Source: Sphagnum compactum (lineage: Eukaryota). Taken from it: DNA of 64,000 nucleotides. The DNA lies in assembly GCA_965153455.1 (NCBI GenBank), contig OZ234493.1:15304213-15368212 (forward strand), read 5' to 3'. Shown piece after piece: positions 40,881 through 52,111 of this stretch (positions are counted from its first letter, which is position 1; each line of letters begins with the position of its first letter). Below the pieces are notes generated by a model. The model was not told where the DNA came from. It searched no databases and saw only the letters and a program-made list of their open reading frames with translations. The translations under genes and the position numbers were made by a program.

Positions 40881-43800
40881 TTAATTCATTGAAGGAATTA
40901 CCATAGGCTTTGAAAGGTGATTCGCATCCTTCTGATGGGAGTCAGCTCCATTATGGGCATCATCAGATATCATAGATGACGCTTGACCATGTGTACGAGT
41001 TGGCTCTTGATTGGAAGGCATCTCCTTCTTACTGTGCAAGTCCCGTCTTTCACTTCGCCTGTTGACCTTCCCATCATCATATTGAACACCCATATTTTTA
41101 GGTCCCGCACCACCTTGCTCTCTGTAGTGATTATCAACTGCCCCATTTTTAGCCACCACAAGAGGTGGGATGCTGGACTTATCAGCAGCATGTTGAGGAT
41201 AGGCCACTGGCGAAAAGTCAGTGACAGTCATCGAATTGGTAGTCCGTGACACTGCACGAGGTGGAGCCATACGTACATCCTGCTCTTTGTGCTTCTTACC
41301 CCATAAGTTGCCTGCAAGGCTTGCACCAAGTGCTGGCTGTGGTCCAGATTGGAATGAAATGGATGGCACACGGGTTTCCGGAACAGGTGATGTGCCTTTC
41401 ACCTCTGTCAATGGCTGTTTTGGTTGTGGACGCTGCATAGAAAATTGAACAGCTCCATGCTCATGGAGAGGTGGAAATTTCTCGCTCTTACTTTTCATAG
41501 CAGCTTGTGGGTTCATGCGTCGTTTCTGGATTGGACAAATTGCATAGTGAGTTCCAGACAGTACATTTACTGTTTGACAGCCAACTAGTCAACATTTATA
41601 TCAGCTCATTGCTAGAATAAAAATTCTGTCCTCCAGATATTTGCATTGCTTTCAAACAGTGATGTACAATTGTGCATTCAAAAGCTCTGTAATTCCACCA
41701 CTACAAGAGCTGAACAAAGATGCCCACCTCTAAAGACACAGCTAGTTCTGCATTGGCATCTGGGGCACCAACTGCACGGCTTGTGCGATCTCGGGCACCA
41801 GGTCGCTTTGAAGCATCAGAACCTCTCATGCGTCCCCCGCCTGCTCTTTGCCTGCAATAGAATGATAATTGATCTCCATTTACTTGCAGTTGCTCTTGGA
41901 TATCCAAACAAGGTTAAACTTAATTCACAGGACTTGTCCAGAAAAGCCCAACACTAAGGTCAGTACTTAATCCAACTGGTGCAACTGTCTGACCAGCGAT
42001 AGCCAAGGACATACTCGCCAACTGCATCACTGTTGCACACAACTACTTGTTAAGGTTTATGATACCTGCGAGCCTCATCATCCCGGATCTTGGCATCAAA
42101 CTCCTTACTAGGAGGATAGTGAGGTAAGCTTGATGGGTCACATGCAAGTGGCTCTGTCTTGAAAAACTGCCAATCCTTCCACCGAGCACATTAGTCCCAA
42201 GGCACACCCATAGATATTTCGGCATGCATCATACTCTCAAGAGACATCTAAGGTGGAATCAAAATCCATGGTGCTGTTTGAGACAGAAAAATACACTTAC
42301 ATCACTGCTTAAAGCTTCGGATGCACTGCCACGATCAGCTGGTTCAATGGCAAGGAGGGTATCCAGTAATGCTAAGGATGAAGTTGGAAACTCTTTAAAA
42401 TGATCCCTAATGCTCCGCTTGTAAGGTTGCTGAGGCTTGAAAATGGTTGCATGTGGCAATTTTGATTTTTTCCAATACTCTTCTGATGGGGAACCACATA
42501 GTTTGAATATCTTGTGCAACTGTTCCACCTGCCAGGAGAGACAGCCCTCTTTGACTCAATGGTATTCAGACCAAAGTAGGAGGAGCTGACAAGGCCCACA
42601 GACCATGATTGTAATACATATCTATGAGATTGCACAGAAAACTGCATAGTAGTGTACTTCAGTATCCTTGTATGAGTTCCAGCAAAACCAAAACTTATAT
42701 GACTAGAAATCAATGCATTCACAAAGTATTGGACCATCACCTTCACCATGCTTGACATACAGATCAAACATGTTGTGATTCCAAGTAGCATCCCCTTGCA
42801 CTAAATTCCCAAGCAAGCAATATGTCATTGCTGAAGCAATACTACTGCAAAGGGTTGAAGCAAACTTTCAATAACAAGAATCCAAGGTTATCTTTGTCAA
42901 ACCTCAGTGCGACCTGGCATAATGGGCTTTCCAGCTAGCAGCTCAGCCAAAATGCAACCTGTACTCCAAAGGTCCACCGCAACTCCATACTCTGTGGCAC
43001 CAAGGAGTAGCTCTGGAGGTCGATACCATAGTGTAACAACACGGCTTGTGAGTGGCTGTTTCTGGTTGGGATTAAAGAAAGTGGCAAGCCCAAAATCTGC
43101 AATCTTCAATATGCCATCGTTGTTCAAGAGCAGATTTGAGCCTTTGATGTCTCGATGGAGAACTCCATGCTGATGACAGTGATCCAAACCATCTAGTAGC
43201 TGTTGCAAATAGCATTTCACCTGTCAAGCCCATTGACAACATTTGCACCCAGCTAGTCCATGAGGACAGAAAAAGCCAGCAGCTCAGTCTGCACAACTCT
43301 TAGACCTTTCAATTCAGTTGGAAAAACAGGATTGCAGGAAAATGATGAAACAAAGCTATGGAAATGCAAGGTTAGCCAGCAGCTCCAAGTAGATAGATAC
43401 CTGAGCTTCTGTGAACACAATCCCAGGGCAAGCAGCAAGACCAGCGAGGTCATGTTCCATGTACTCAAATACGAGATAAAGACTGCATGACATTCGAGAG
43501 GTGACCAAACCCTCCAGCTTCACCACATTTGGATGATCCAATCGGCGCAGCACCTGAATTTCTCTAGCCATGAAGCGCACGCTTTCGGGTTCCAGGTTAT
43601 CGAAACGCACCTTCTTCAGAGCTACAATTCTTCCTGTCTCAAGATCTCGTGCCTTGTACACATTGCTGTATGTCCCTTGCCCAATCTGCACATTTGCAAA
43701 ACATGTTGGTGAAGACCTACCAACATAAGGGACATGTTCATTCATCGCTTTGAGGGCCATCATCATCATTCTCTTGGACTTGCTGAAGCCAAAGCTCTCT

Positions 43801-44335
43801 CCTCCCCCTTGAAAACCCCATTTTCCTCTAGCGAAAAACTCTTGGAAACCCATTTTTTCTCTAGAGCAAACTTACTTACTTTGTCAAGTTTCTCAAAGGA
43901 TGCGGCATGTCGAGGGATCCAGCCCTTGATAGCATCCCCGGCAACAGCAGATAGCCACGCAGGCCAACCTGCAGCGACTTGTTCGCCGCCCTCTAGATTG
44001 TTGCGGGGGACGTTACTGGATCTGTTGTGACGAGCTTCTCCTTGCTCTCTCCTCTCTCTTCTCCTCTCCCGTGCTTCCTCCAACACCGCATGCGAGGTGC
44101 CATTGATGCTGTTGTGCTTACTCCTGACTTTCACCACTCGACCTTTCTCTTTCTCTAATACAACAACAACCGGCTCCAGTTGCTGCTGCTGCTTCTTCTT
44201 CCCCACTGCGGAGGCGGCAGCTGCCGCAGTGGAGACAACGACAGCAGCTGGTGGAGCTACAGTGTTGTTCTTCTCCTTGGGGCTTTTCAAGTCCTCTTTC
44301 TTCGACACCTTCTGCTTCCCAAAAGCACAGCCCAT
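40881..44335 (-). CDS. CDK-like Ser/Thr protein kinase (plant CKL / At1g54610-type, CDKC-related)
   Basis: Exons (-): 44335-43880, 43685-43401, 43220-42903, 42528-42301, 42166-42066, 41851-41728 and 41525-40881 (or to 40902, then 40731-40384). Motifs: N-terminal MGC, GEQVAAGWPAWL, IGQGTYSNVYKA, PESVRFMAREI, HRDIKGSN, DFG, TSRVVTLWYRPPE and YPPSKEFDAK. All introns GT-AG and in phase; about 718 aa (or about 827 aa with exon 8). Confidence 0.95.
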
Positions 44336-44432
44336 GGCTGTGCTTCTTCAAGGAACCCTCTCCCTCTCCAACAGGAGCTTGGATGAACTCCACAAAACAA
44401 AACTCCCGTCAGAATGAACTACAATACTACCA

Positions 44433-44480
44433 CTAGTACTGCTGCCTCTGCTTCTTGCTTCTCTTCCTCTCCATTGCCAT
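44433..44480 (-). promoter_or_regulatory. Upstream ORF in the kinase 5' leader (MAMERKRSKKQRQQY*)
   Basis: Two in-frame ATGs in GCAATGG context, TAG at 44435-44433, ending 97 nt before the main ATG. Located downstream of a likely 5'UTR intron acceptor (TTTTGCAG at 44504). Confidence 0.55.
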
Positions 44481-45350
44481 TGCCCTGAGCCCCTCTCTCT
44501 TCACTGCAAAACACAAGAAGACAAAGAAACAACAACACTTCCTGCAAAACACATGGGCTGCACGCTAGCAACAACACAAAGTTCCTAAATACCCCTACTA
44601 CAATAGACAACGGAAACAGACAAGCTCTGACTCTAGCTCCATACTACTAGCTGCTGTTGCTCTTGTTGTTCGGTTTTGGCATTCATTCCTCAAGCAACAA
44701 AAAACAAAGGAAACACACTCGGATGGAAACACATTGTGCTGCTGCTGCAACACACAACCTCACAATCCTGCAATGCTGCTGCTGCACAGGTACTATTACT
44801 GTCAATGCTGCAGCAGAAGGAGGAGGAGGAGAAGAAGAAGAAGAAGAAGCTCAAATCGAGCTGCTGCTGCTGCATGGCTGCTGCAACAAACCCAAGAAGA
44901 GTATAATACAAAAAACTAGCACCAGGAGGGAAAGAAAGAAAGGGGGAAAAAAAAAGAAAAAAAAGAAGAACACAACAATAACAACAGAAACAACAGCAAC
45001 AAAAAAAATCACATGCACTGCAAAATGCAGCAACAAAAAATGGAGTGGTTTGCAATAAAGAGAGAGCAAAACTGCTACGGTCTCTTTGGAAGAAGAATAA
45101 ATGGTGGCCAGCAACGGCAACAAACGGATTCGCAATCTACGTCAAGTAGAAGAAGGATCCCTAGGGTTTCGCCACAGATTTGGGCCCTGGTCAGGACAAG
45201 ACACAAGACCCGCCCGCCCCCTTCCCTTCCCTTCGGGTCCCTCCCCGACAAGTCAGAGAGAGAGGAAGAGAGAGATTCCGCCTGTCCTAGGGTTTGTTTT
45301 CCTGCCCAATTTTGAAGAGGACTTTTTTTTCCTCAGGCGGTGGTATAAAA

Positions 45351-45414
45351 TTTTCCGGCACTGCAAGGTTTTTTTTTCGGGCACTGCTAGAATTTTTTCT
45401 CGGGCACTGCAAGT
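45351..45414. promoter_or_regulatory. Three copies of the motif TC(C/G)GGCACTGC(A/T)AG in the kinase upstream region
   Basis: TTTTCCGGCACTGCAAG, TTTTCGGGCACTGCTAG and TTCTCGGGCACTGCAAG spaced ~23 bp apart. Telo-boxes TAGGGTTT lie at ~45162 and ~45288. Confidence 0.5.
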
Positions 45415-45445
45415 TCTTTCTACGACTTATGGAATGGTCAATAAT

Positions 45446-46068
45446 CCCCTGCCCATTATTATGTTGGGTAATGCATCAAAGCAATCCCTCTTAGGGCAAT
45501 CTAGGCAATTTCACACCCAACATAAGTGATTTGAGGGAGTGTGTGTCTGGCTAACATTGCAGCATGATCTTGGATGAGAGCTCCCTCGTTATAACATCAC
45601 ATATCTTGTTGCCTTATGACATTTTCATATACCTATCTCTAATTCCTTTTTGCATGTTCCTACTTGCTTGTTGGCTGAACCTCATAACTCATGGTCCTGT
45701 GTGCATCCCATAAGCTCAACGAAGCGCTCCCATACAACTGGTTATGTCTTGTAACCAGTTGGTCAGCCCCTGCCCATTATGTTGGATAATGCATTAAGTG
45801 ATCATGTTAAGACAAGATAGGCGACGCACCCAACAGAACTAATTATAAGGACTGTCTCACTAACATGGCAATGTGGTATCGGGCGAGAACTCACCTATTA
45901 CATCATCTACTTGTCATCTCATGACATTTTCATAAATCCCTAATTCTTTTTTGCACATTCTGTGGTTGATGGTTGGTTGAACCTCATAACTCACACTCAT
46001 ATGTGTCCCATAACCCGTAAGCTCGATGCTCCCATCGAGTTGGTTAGGTCTTGTAACTAATGTGCTCT
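45446..46068. repeat. Diverged ~321-bp tandem duplication (2 copies), each ending in a hairpin
   Basis: Both copies start CCCCTGCCCATTAT (45446, 45767) and share ATGACATTTTCATA, TGAACCTCATAACTCA and GGTTA.GTCTTGTAAC. Confidence 0.85.
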
Positions 46069-46777
46069 TGCCAGTTACCTGGTCCATACATAATGAGCAA
46101 GGGTTAAGGCCATTCCATCACATGAAGGTCTGGGGTGGCACATTGTATGATTAAAAAAACTAAAATTAAATCTTTGTTCGGCAAAGGTTTTGGTCATTAT
46201 TATGAGTGTATGTATGATCATCTGGCTTTGGAAGATTATGTCATAGAATGTGGTTTAAAAAAAATGACAGAATTTGCCACCCCAGACCTTAGTGCAATTT
46301 AATTCACCTGGCATCTATCTGTTTCTTAGAAAACACTCTATTTAATGGGTCATTCCCTATGGACCTTTTTCTGCCTCTTTTTAGTTCCCTTGCAAGGCAA
46401 AATGCAGGGTGTAGTGCAGGGTATTATTATTATTGTTATTGTTTCATTTTTGTAATGTAGCTGAAGTGGCGATTGCACATGAAATGATTGAGCCAGATTT
46501 GGCTACATACTAGATATGAAAGTAGAAAAAAACCAGAATCCTTCTATGTTCTTGGCTACCTACTGGAACTTATCACAAAAATCTGGTGCATTTGGGTCAT
46601 TTTTTCCAAGGAAAATCCTTTGAAGAGGTTGAAAACATATTTTTCAGGTCAAAATTCGGTGAATTTTCGCCCCCCAAAAAAACACTTTTGTTGTTTGTTT
46701 GTGGGGGGGGGGGGGGGAGGGGGGGGTTCTAGCAGACCTAATCTGGGCAGGTGGCAAGATCTATTTAGTGTCTAGAG

Positions 46778-47250
46778 ACCATTCTGCAAAATTCACACGA
46801 CCATTCTGCAAATCCACATGAACATTATGCAAATCCACAATTGAAAATCATTATGCAATGGACTGTGCTGGGTACAGGTCATTATGCCCATTTTGCTGCC
46901 CATTCGGCAATTTGGGCTTTGCCCAGATTCCTTGCAAGCACCTCACCAAGTACAATCCCCTGTACCCCCCACACTCTCCATAACATATAATGGGTCTGCA
47001 AATTTGGAAGGTTGGCATTTTACTGTTTTTATGAAATTAAATAAAATTATTTACACATTTACCTGATGGAATCATGGATCTGCAAATCTTGGAAAATTGG
47101 CATTTTTTTTGGTTTTCTTAAATCTCTTTTTTGTTTCTAAAAATCCACATTACTAGACACATGTAGGCTACAAATCTGTAAGGGTTGGAATTTTTTCCAT
47201 TTGTTTTCTTAATTCCTGTCTGTTACAAAAACCACACTACAAAACCAAAT
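46778..47250. repeat. Degenerate tandem repeats (~21-bp CATT.TGCAAA units, then ~85-90-bp CTGCAAAT..GGAA..TTGGCATTTT units)
   Basis: Read directly: about four short units at 46778-46858 and three longer units beginning at ~46990, 47075 and 47165. Confidence 0.65.
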
Positions 47251-50200
47251 TTGATGATTGATTTGCTGATGGATGCCTCATCGAAAATGAGCTTCTAAAC
47301 AAGATGATTTACTCCTTTTTTCTGTTGGGACCCAAGCAAGTTTAGTGTAAGGTAAAGCTCAAGGGTAGGGTTCTCATCATGTTCACAATGAGTTCTCATC
47401 ACGTTCCCAATTTGTTCCTCATGTTTTTGCTATGTTCCCCAACACATTCCCAATAGCACCTCTTTTTAATCCCGTATGTTTTGGCAAATGTTGTCCTCCT
47501 CTCACCTGTAAGGGGGGGTATTCTCAAAATAAGCAGTCTAGCACAAGGCAGTAGCCAAGTCTGGCCCCTTATTTTGGGAACGACCCCCCAAACCTGTGGG
47601 CCAGACCCACAATAAACCACAAGGTAGCTTAAACATACATATATATCAGGGGGTGGGAGGGATCTTATGCCTACTACTATTGGGAGTGGGAAGGATCTTA
47701 TGCCTAGTAGCATAAGATCCATACAATTGAGCTTTAGGACCAATACAATTGATGCTGCATGCCCATGAGCTTTCATAGAAGGTGATTTACTCTCTTTTTG
47801 TCAGGACCAAAGCAAGTTTAGGACCATGACAATGATGCCGTCGTCCAAGAGCATCTCCACTCAATGCATGAAAATGGCCTCCATACATGCACCATATATT
47901 TGGGATGCAAATTAGTGTGTAACACGGTTTGGGGCCTGTAAACATGCCCCCAATAGGGTGGTCTTCAAGTAGGGCCACCATAAACAATTGGAAAAATGCA
48001 TTAACAAACACATCCCCTCCTAATCAGCAAACACTTTACACCCTATAAATGAACTATGTGTATTTGACAAATGGACAACATCTGACCCGTTATTTAGATA
48101 CGGCAAAAATTACCTCAATTATTTAATGTCAAAGTGTTCATCATACACCAATGGCCTAGATAGGTTCAAAGAAAAAAAAACTCTCGCCAATCTATAGTGA
48201 TGGGGGCTCTACAATTTGTTTAAAGCTAAAATTTTAAACGACAATTTGTGCCACTATTGCTAGGGTTCAAGGTTTTGGTGTGGTGTTCCCACCCTTGCAT
48301 TCAACGACAACTTCCCTTCTCCCCTCTTGGTCTTCATGCTCCTAGTTTGTGGTGCAACTGTTTGTGCTTCTCGTTCATTGCAAATGATGGTGCTATATGG
48401 TCATTGTTCATGATTATTTTCTTTTTTTCATTATCTATTATAAGTTTCCTCCCCCATTTCTTGTGTTTGTGGTCATGTTTTCAATTGTTGTTTCATACCT
48501 TTCCACCCTTTACTTATTTATTTAATGTTTTTTTGTGCCTTTTGAGTTGTTCACATAACTAGATTAAGGGAATCAACCATTTGTTTAGCTTTTGTTTATC
48601 TTTTTTTTGGTAAATTTTGATTTTCTTTTTCTTTTTTTGTCATGGTTTTTATTGTTGTAGAATATCCAAGTATTTATTAAATGTTATAATGTGTGATCAA
48701 TTGTAATCTACTAATGGTTATTTGCATCATGTTTTCCTTGGCCACAAATGCGGCAAGGTTGACAAGTTTACAAACACAAACCTTCTTAAATCTGTTGTTA
48801 TTTCATTGTCGTCTTCTACTAGTCATGTTTCTTTTTAACACCGAGGTTATTGGGCATATCCATGTAATATTTTAGTTAGGGTTGTTCTCGGTCATCAACA
48901 TCATCTCTTATTTCAACATTTTTTATTGTGCCTATTATGTTCAACAACTATGTGGTAATTCCATGTTGCCCCCATTGTTATCATAATCAACTATTTCATT
49001 TTAATGATAATTATTTTCATTTGAGATGTTATTAGATGCTAATGTTATATTTCATTGGGTCTAGTTTTCATCCATGACATTATGATTACTTGTGACTGAA
49101 TTGTTATAACTTAAACTTTGATTTAATGTCTTGTTTGATTTATTCCAAACTTTGTTTATTCACCCAATCGAGGCTAACATCATTCTTACATTTTGTTCAC
49201 CAAACTTCGAATATCCATGCATATAGTGCATGGGATCAATTGTTGAACGGAGGTGTAATCATCCTCTCCAATTGGTTCAGCAAATTAACACTAAATCAAG
49301 GGAGTTATACAAGAATAGTGAGAAATTAACTTAGCATTGTTTTTCAATGAGAATTGGGTTTTATAAAGATTGTGCATCCATTAACAAAATGATATATTAT
49401 TCCTAGTTTTCAAGTTTTTGCATGATGTAAAAATTGCATGCACAACAAGCGCTTCCAATTATTTTCCACATCTATGTCGTTCCAAGAGCAACTTACAAAC
49501 ATTTAGCTCGAAAGTTGCTTCAAATTATACAGTGTTAGAAATCAAGCTTCACACTTTTCCTTTTGTTCCATGTGTGAACAAAAACATCTATATCATATCA
49601 AACATGAACTCAACAATAATTTTTGTAGTGGGTTTTGGTAATTGTTTAGCCCAAAATATTTCCATTTGATTGGATTGGATTCCTTGTCCATAAGAACAAA
49701 AGTGCTACATTGTGGATAAAACAACAAAGCAAAGTGGATGTTTTTAAGGTGCATATTTTAACAAAAGTTTTGCTGGAAGGATTTGAGATTGTTGCAGCAA
49801 GGGTTGAACCACCACTCAGTAAGCTCTCATTTTCCTTGCCTAAAACCAGAACCTTTAAACAAAAATGTTCACATTGAATCCTATAATAACATCATGAAAT
49901 TGATTGACCTGCATTAGTCACCAAGTTTCTTCTATCACAAAGATTAGCAGAAATGGGAAAAAAAAAACACTTAACTTTGATGTTGGAACTACTTTCATAG
50001 AACTTAAGAAAGGGAGAACAGCCAAGAAACCCACTATAATGAGGAATGGAAAAAAAAGGAGAGGAAAACAACAAAAGAAAAAAAATTTGAAAAATGGAAT
50101 GACAAGTACCAAAAAGTTCAAAGTCACCAAGCATGTTCATTGAAGCTTAACACTGATGTCCAGCTATGTCAAAATCTTGCAAGATGCATGACTTTTCAAT

Positions 50201-52111
50201 ACTATTTGCTAGGCCATTATAATGGTTGGAGGACTAGATAAGAAAATATAAACTCATCTTCAACATTCTTTGAAATGCATTTTCTGAAATAACAGAGTGA
50301 TCTTGAACTCTAGTGCGGATGTTACACAAAATATGTCAAGAATAGTGGTGAAGTCAAACATGGTGATGGTCATCATAAATCTATAAATCTATAAATTTGG
50401 ACATACAAGTTGAAGTAGAAAGCTTGAATCGTTGAAATGTAACAATAGAGGAGATATTGCCCAAAAATGTGTTTTCACAAAAAGTTCATCACCAAAACAT
50501 ATAGTAGCAGACATGAAAAATGCATTCATATGTGTTTGCACATAAAGCTTAGCTCCAAAACACAATAATTGATAGAAAAGGTGCATCCAAATTTCAACCT
50601 CGATTTGCAATTCCGAGACTTTGCCTGAAAGTTTGTTGAATACAATAGAATGAAAATCAGATTTGAAATTACAAGAGAAGGGAGAGGAGTAAGCAAAAGA
50701 ATATTAAATGGTGAAGCTTGGTGAGGTTGTGAAGACAATGGAAGTCTGTCCATTTACAAATGTCCTCCCACCCATGAAATTGGAAAAAGCATCAAAGGCA
50801 AAATTTGACTCTAAAAACAAAGATCTTGATGAGCTAACAACTCACAAAAGGACTTGAAATCAAAAGAGGAAGCAAAAAGTCAAAAAAAAAAAACTACATC
50901 TGACACTATAATAGCATAGACAAAAGAAAACTAATTGAAAAGAAACCCTAGGAATAGATGGGCTTATATTGGACCCTCCAATGGGGATCGTAGTGACAAC
51001 AACTCTCATTCCGAATGGCAATGGTGGTGGATCTTATTAGGGTTTTAAGAAGTTAGGTTTAGGTTAACCCACCCATCCTCCATTCATCATCCATTTCAGA
51101 TGACAATAAATTGTTTACCTAACATCATGCATGCATCCAAATTTCATCCATCTGTTCACAATGAGGATGTAAATGTTTTGATATTGTACTAGACATCATC
51201 CATCCATCCAATTTCATTCATCCATCCATGGTGACAACATAACAAATGTTAGTAATTTGTGACAACATAATGTATGAAACAACAACTAACTAGTTCTTAT
51301 TATAAAAGAGAAAGATCATTCATCATCATATGGATGGATCCAGGAAGTGTTGAAACTTCCATGACAATATCTTGGTAGACTATTGTAAACCATGAAATAA
51401 TACTTTTTTAAAAATATGAAGAATGGATGGATGGAAATGTTGAAACTTTCATAATTACAACAAGTTAATTTATAAATAAATCACTACTTGTATATGATAA
51501 TATCTTGGTAGAATGTTGTAAATCATGAAATAACATTTTTTTTAAATATGTATAAATTTTTGACTTTTTAAAAAAAATTATTCATTTTGTCAATGTCAAA
51601 ATTAACATTGCTTACTACATTAGTGATATTTAATTAGATATTATCATTATTGATTGCAAATTTAGTAACAACATTGCAAAACTTGAAAAAAAAACAAATA
51701 TCAATTTGAGTTTATATACATATATATTGCATAATATACACAACTTTTCTACAATTCTTGGTGTGATACTGAGGTTATTTTGAAGTTAATTTGTTGTAAC
51801 ATACACACACACACACATATATATAACATCTAGAATCCAACCATGGAACAACTGAAGAATCAATTAGAGGTTCTTTTTTCCTTAATATAGGTTTGATTAT
51901 TATATTGAACAACTTGAATCTCATGGGAGGGAAAAAACCAATAATTTATTAAGAATTAATATTCTTGTCCTCTAATATTATAATCATTTGTGTTTTTTTC
52001 ACAATTAATTACTATTGTGTATAGATTGCAATACAAGTTTGAAAGAGTTAGTTGGTTAACTTGAATATTCGAGAATCACATGCATGTATTTTTTTATGCT
52101 GTTTCAAAAGC

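Noticed and set aside
44600-45135. Several overlapping ORFs rich in poly-C/A/E/K/F
   Set aside because: Products of CTG/GAA microsatellites in the kinase 5' leader or intron; no domain signal.
48240-51060. Possible Mutator/FAR1-like remnant
   Set aside because: TE-like composition, but no diagnostic motif or TIR could be confirmed by eye.
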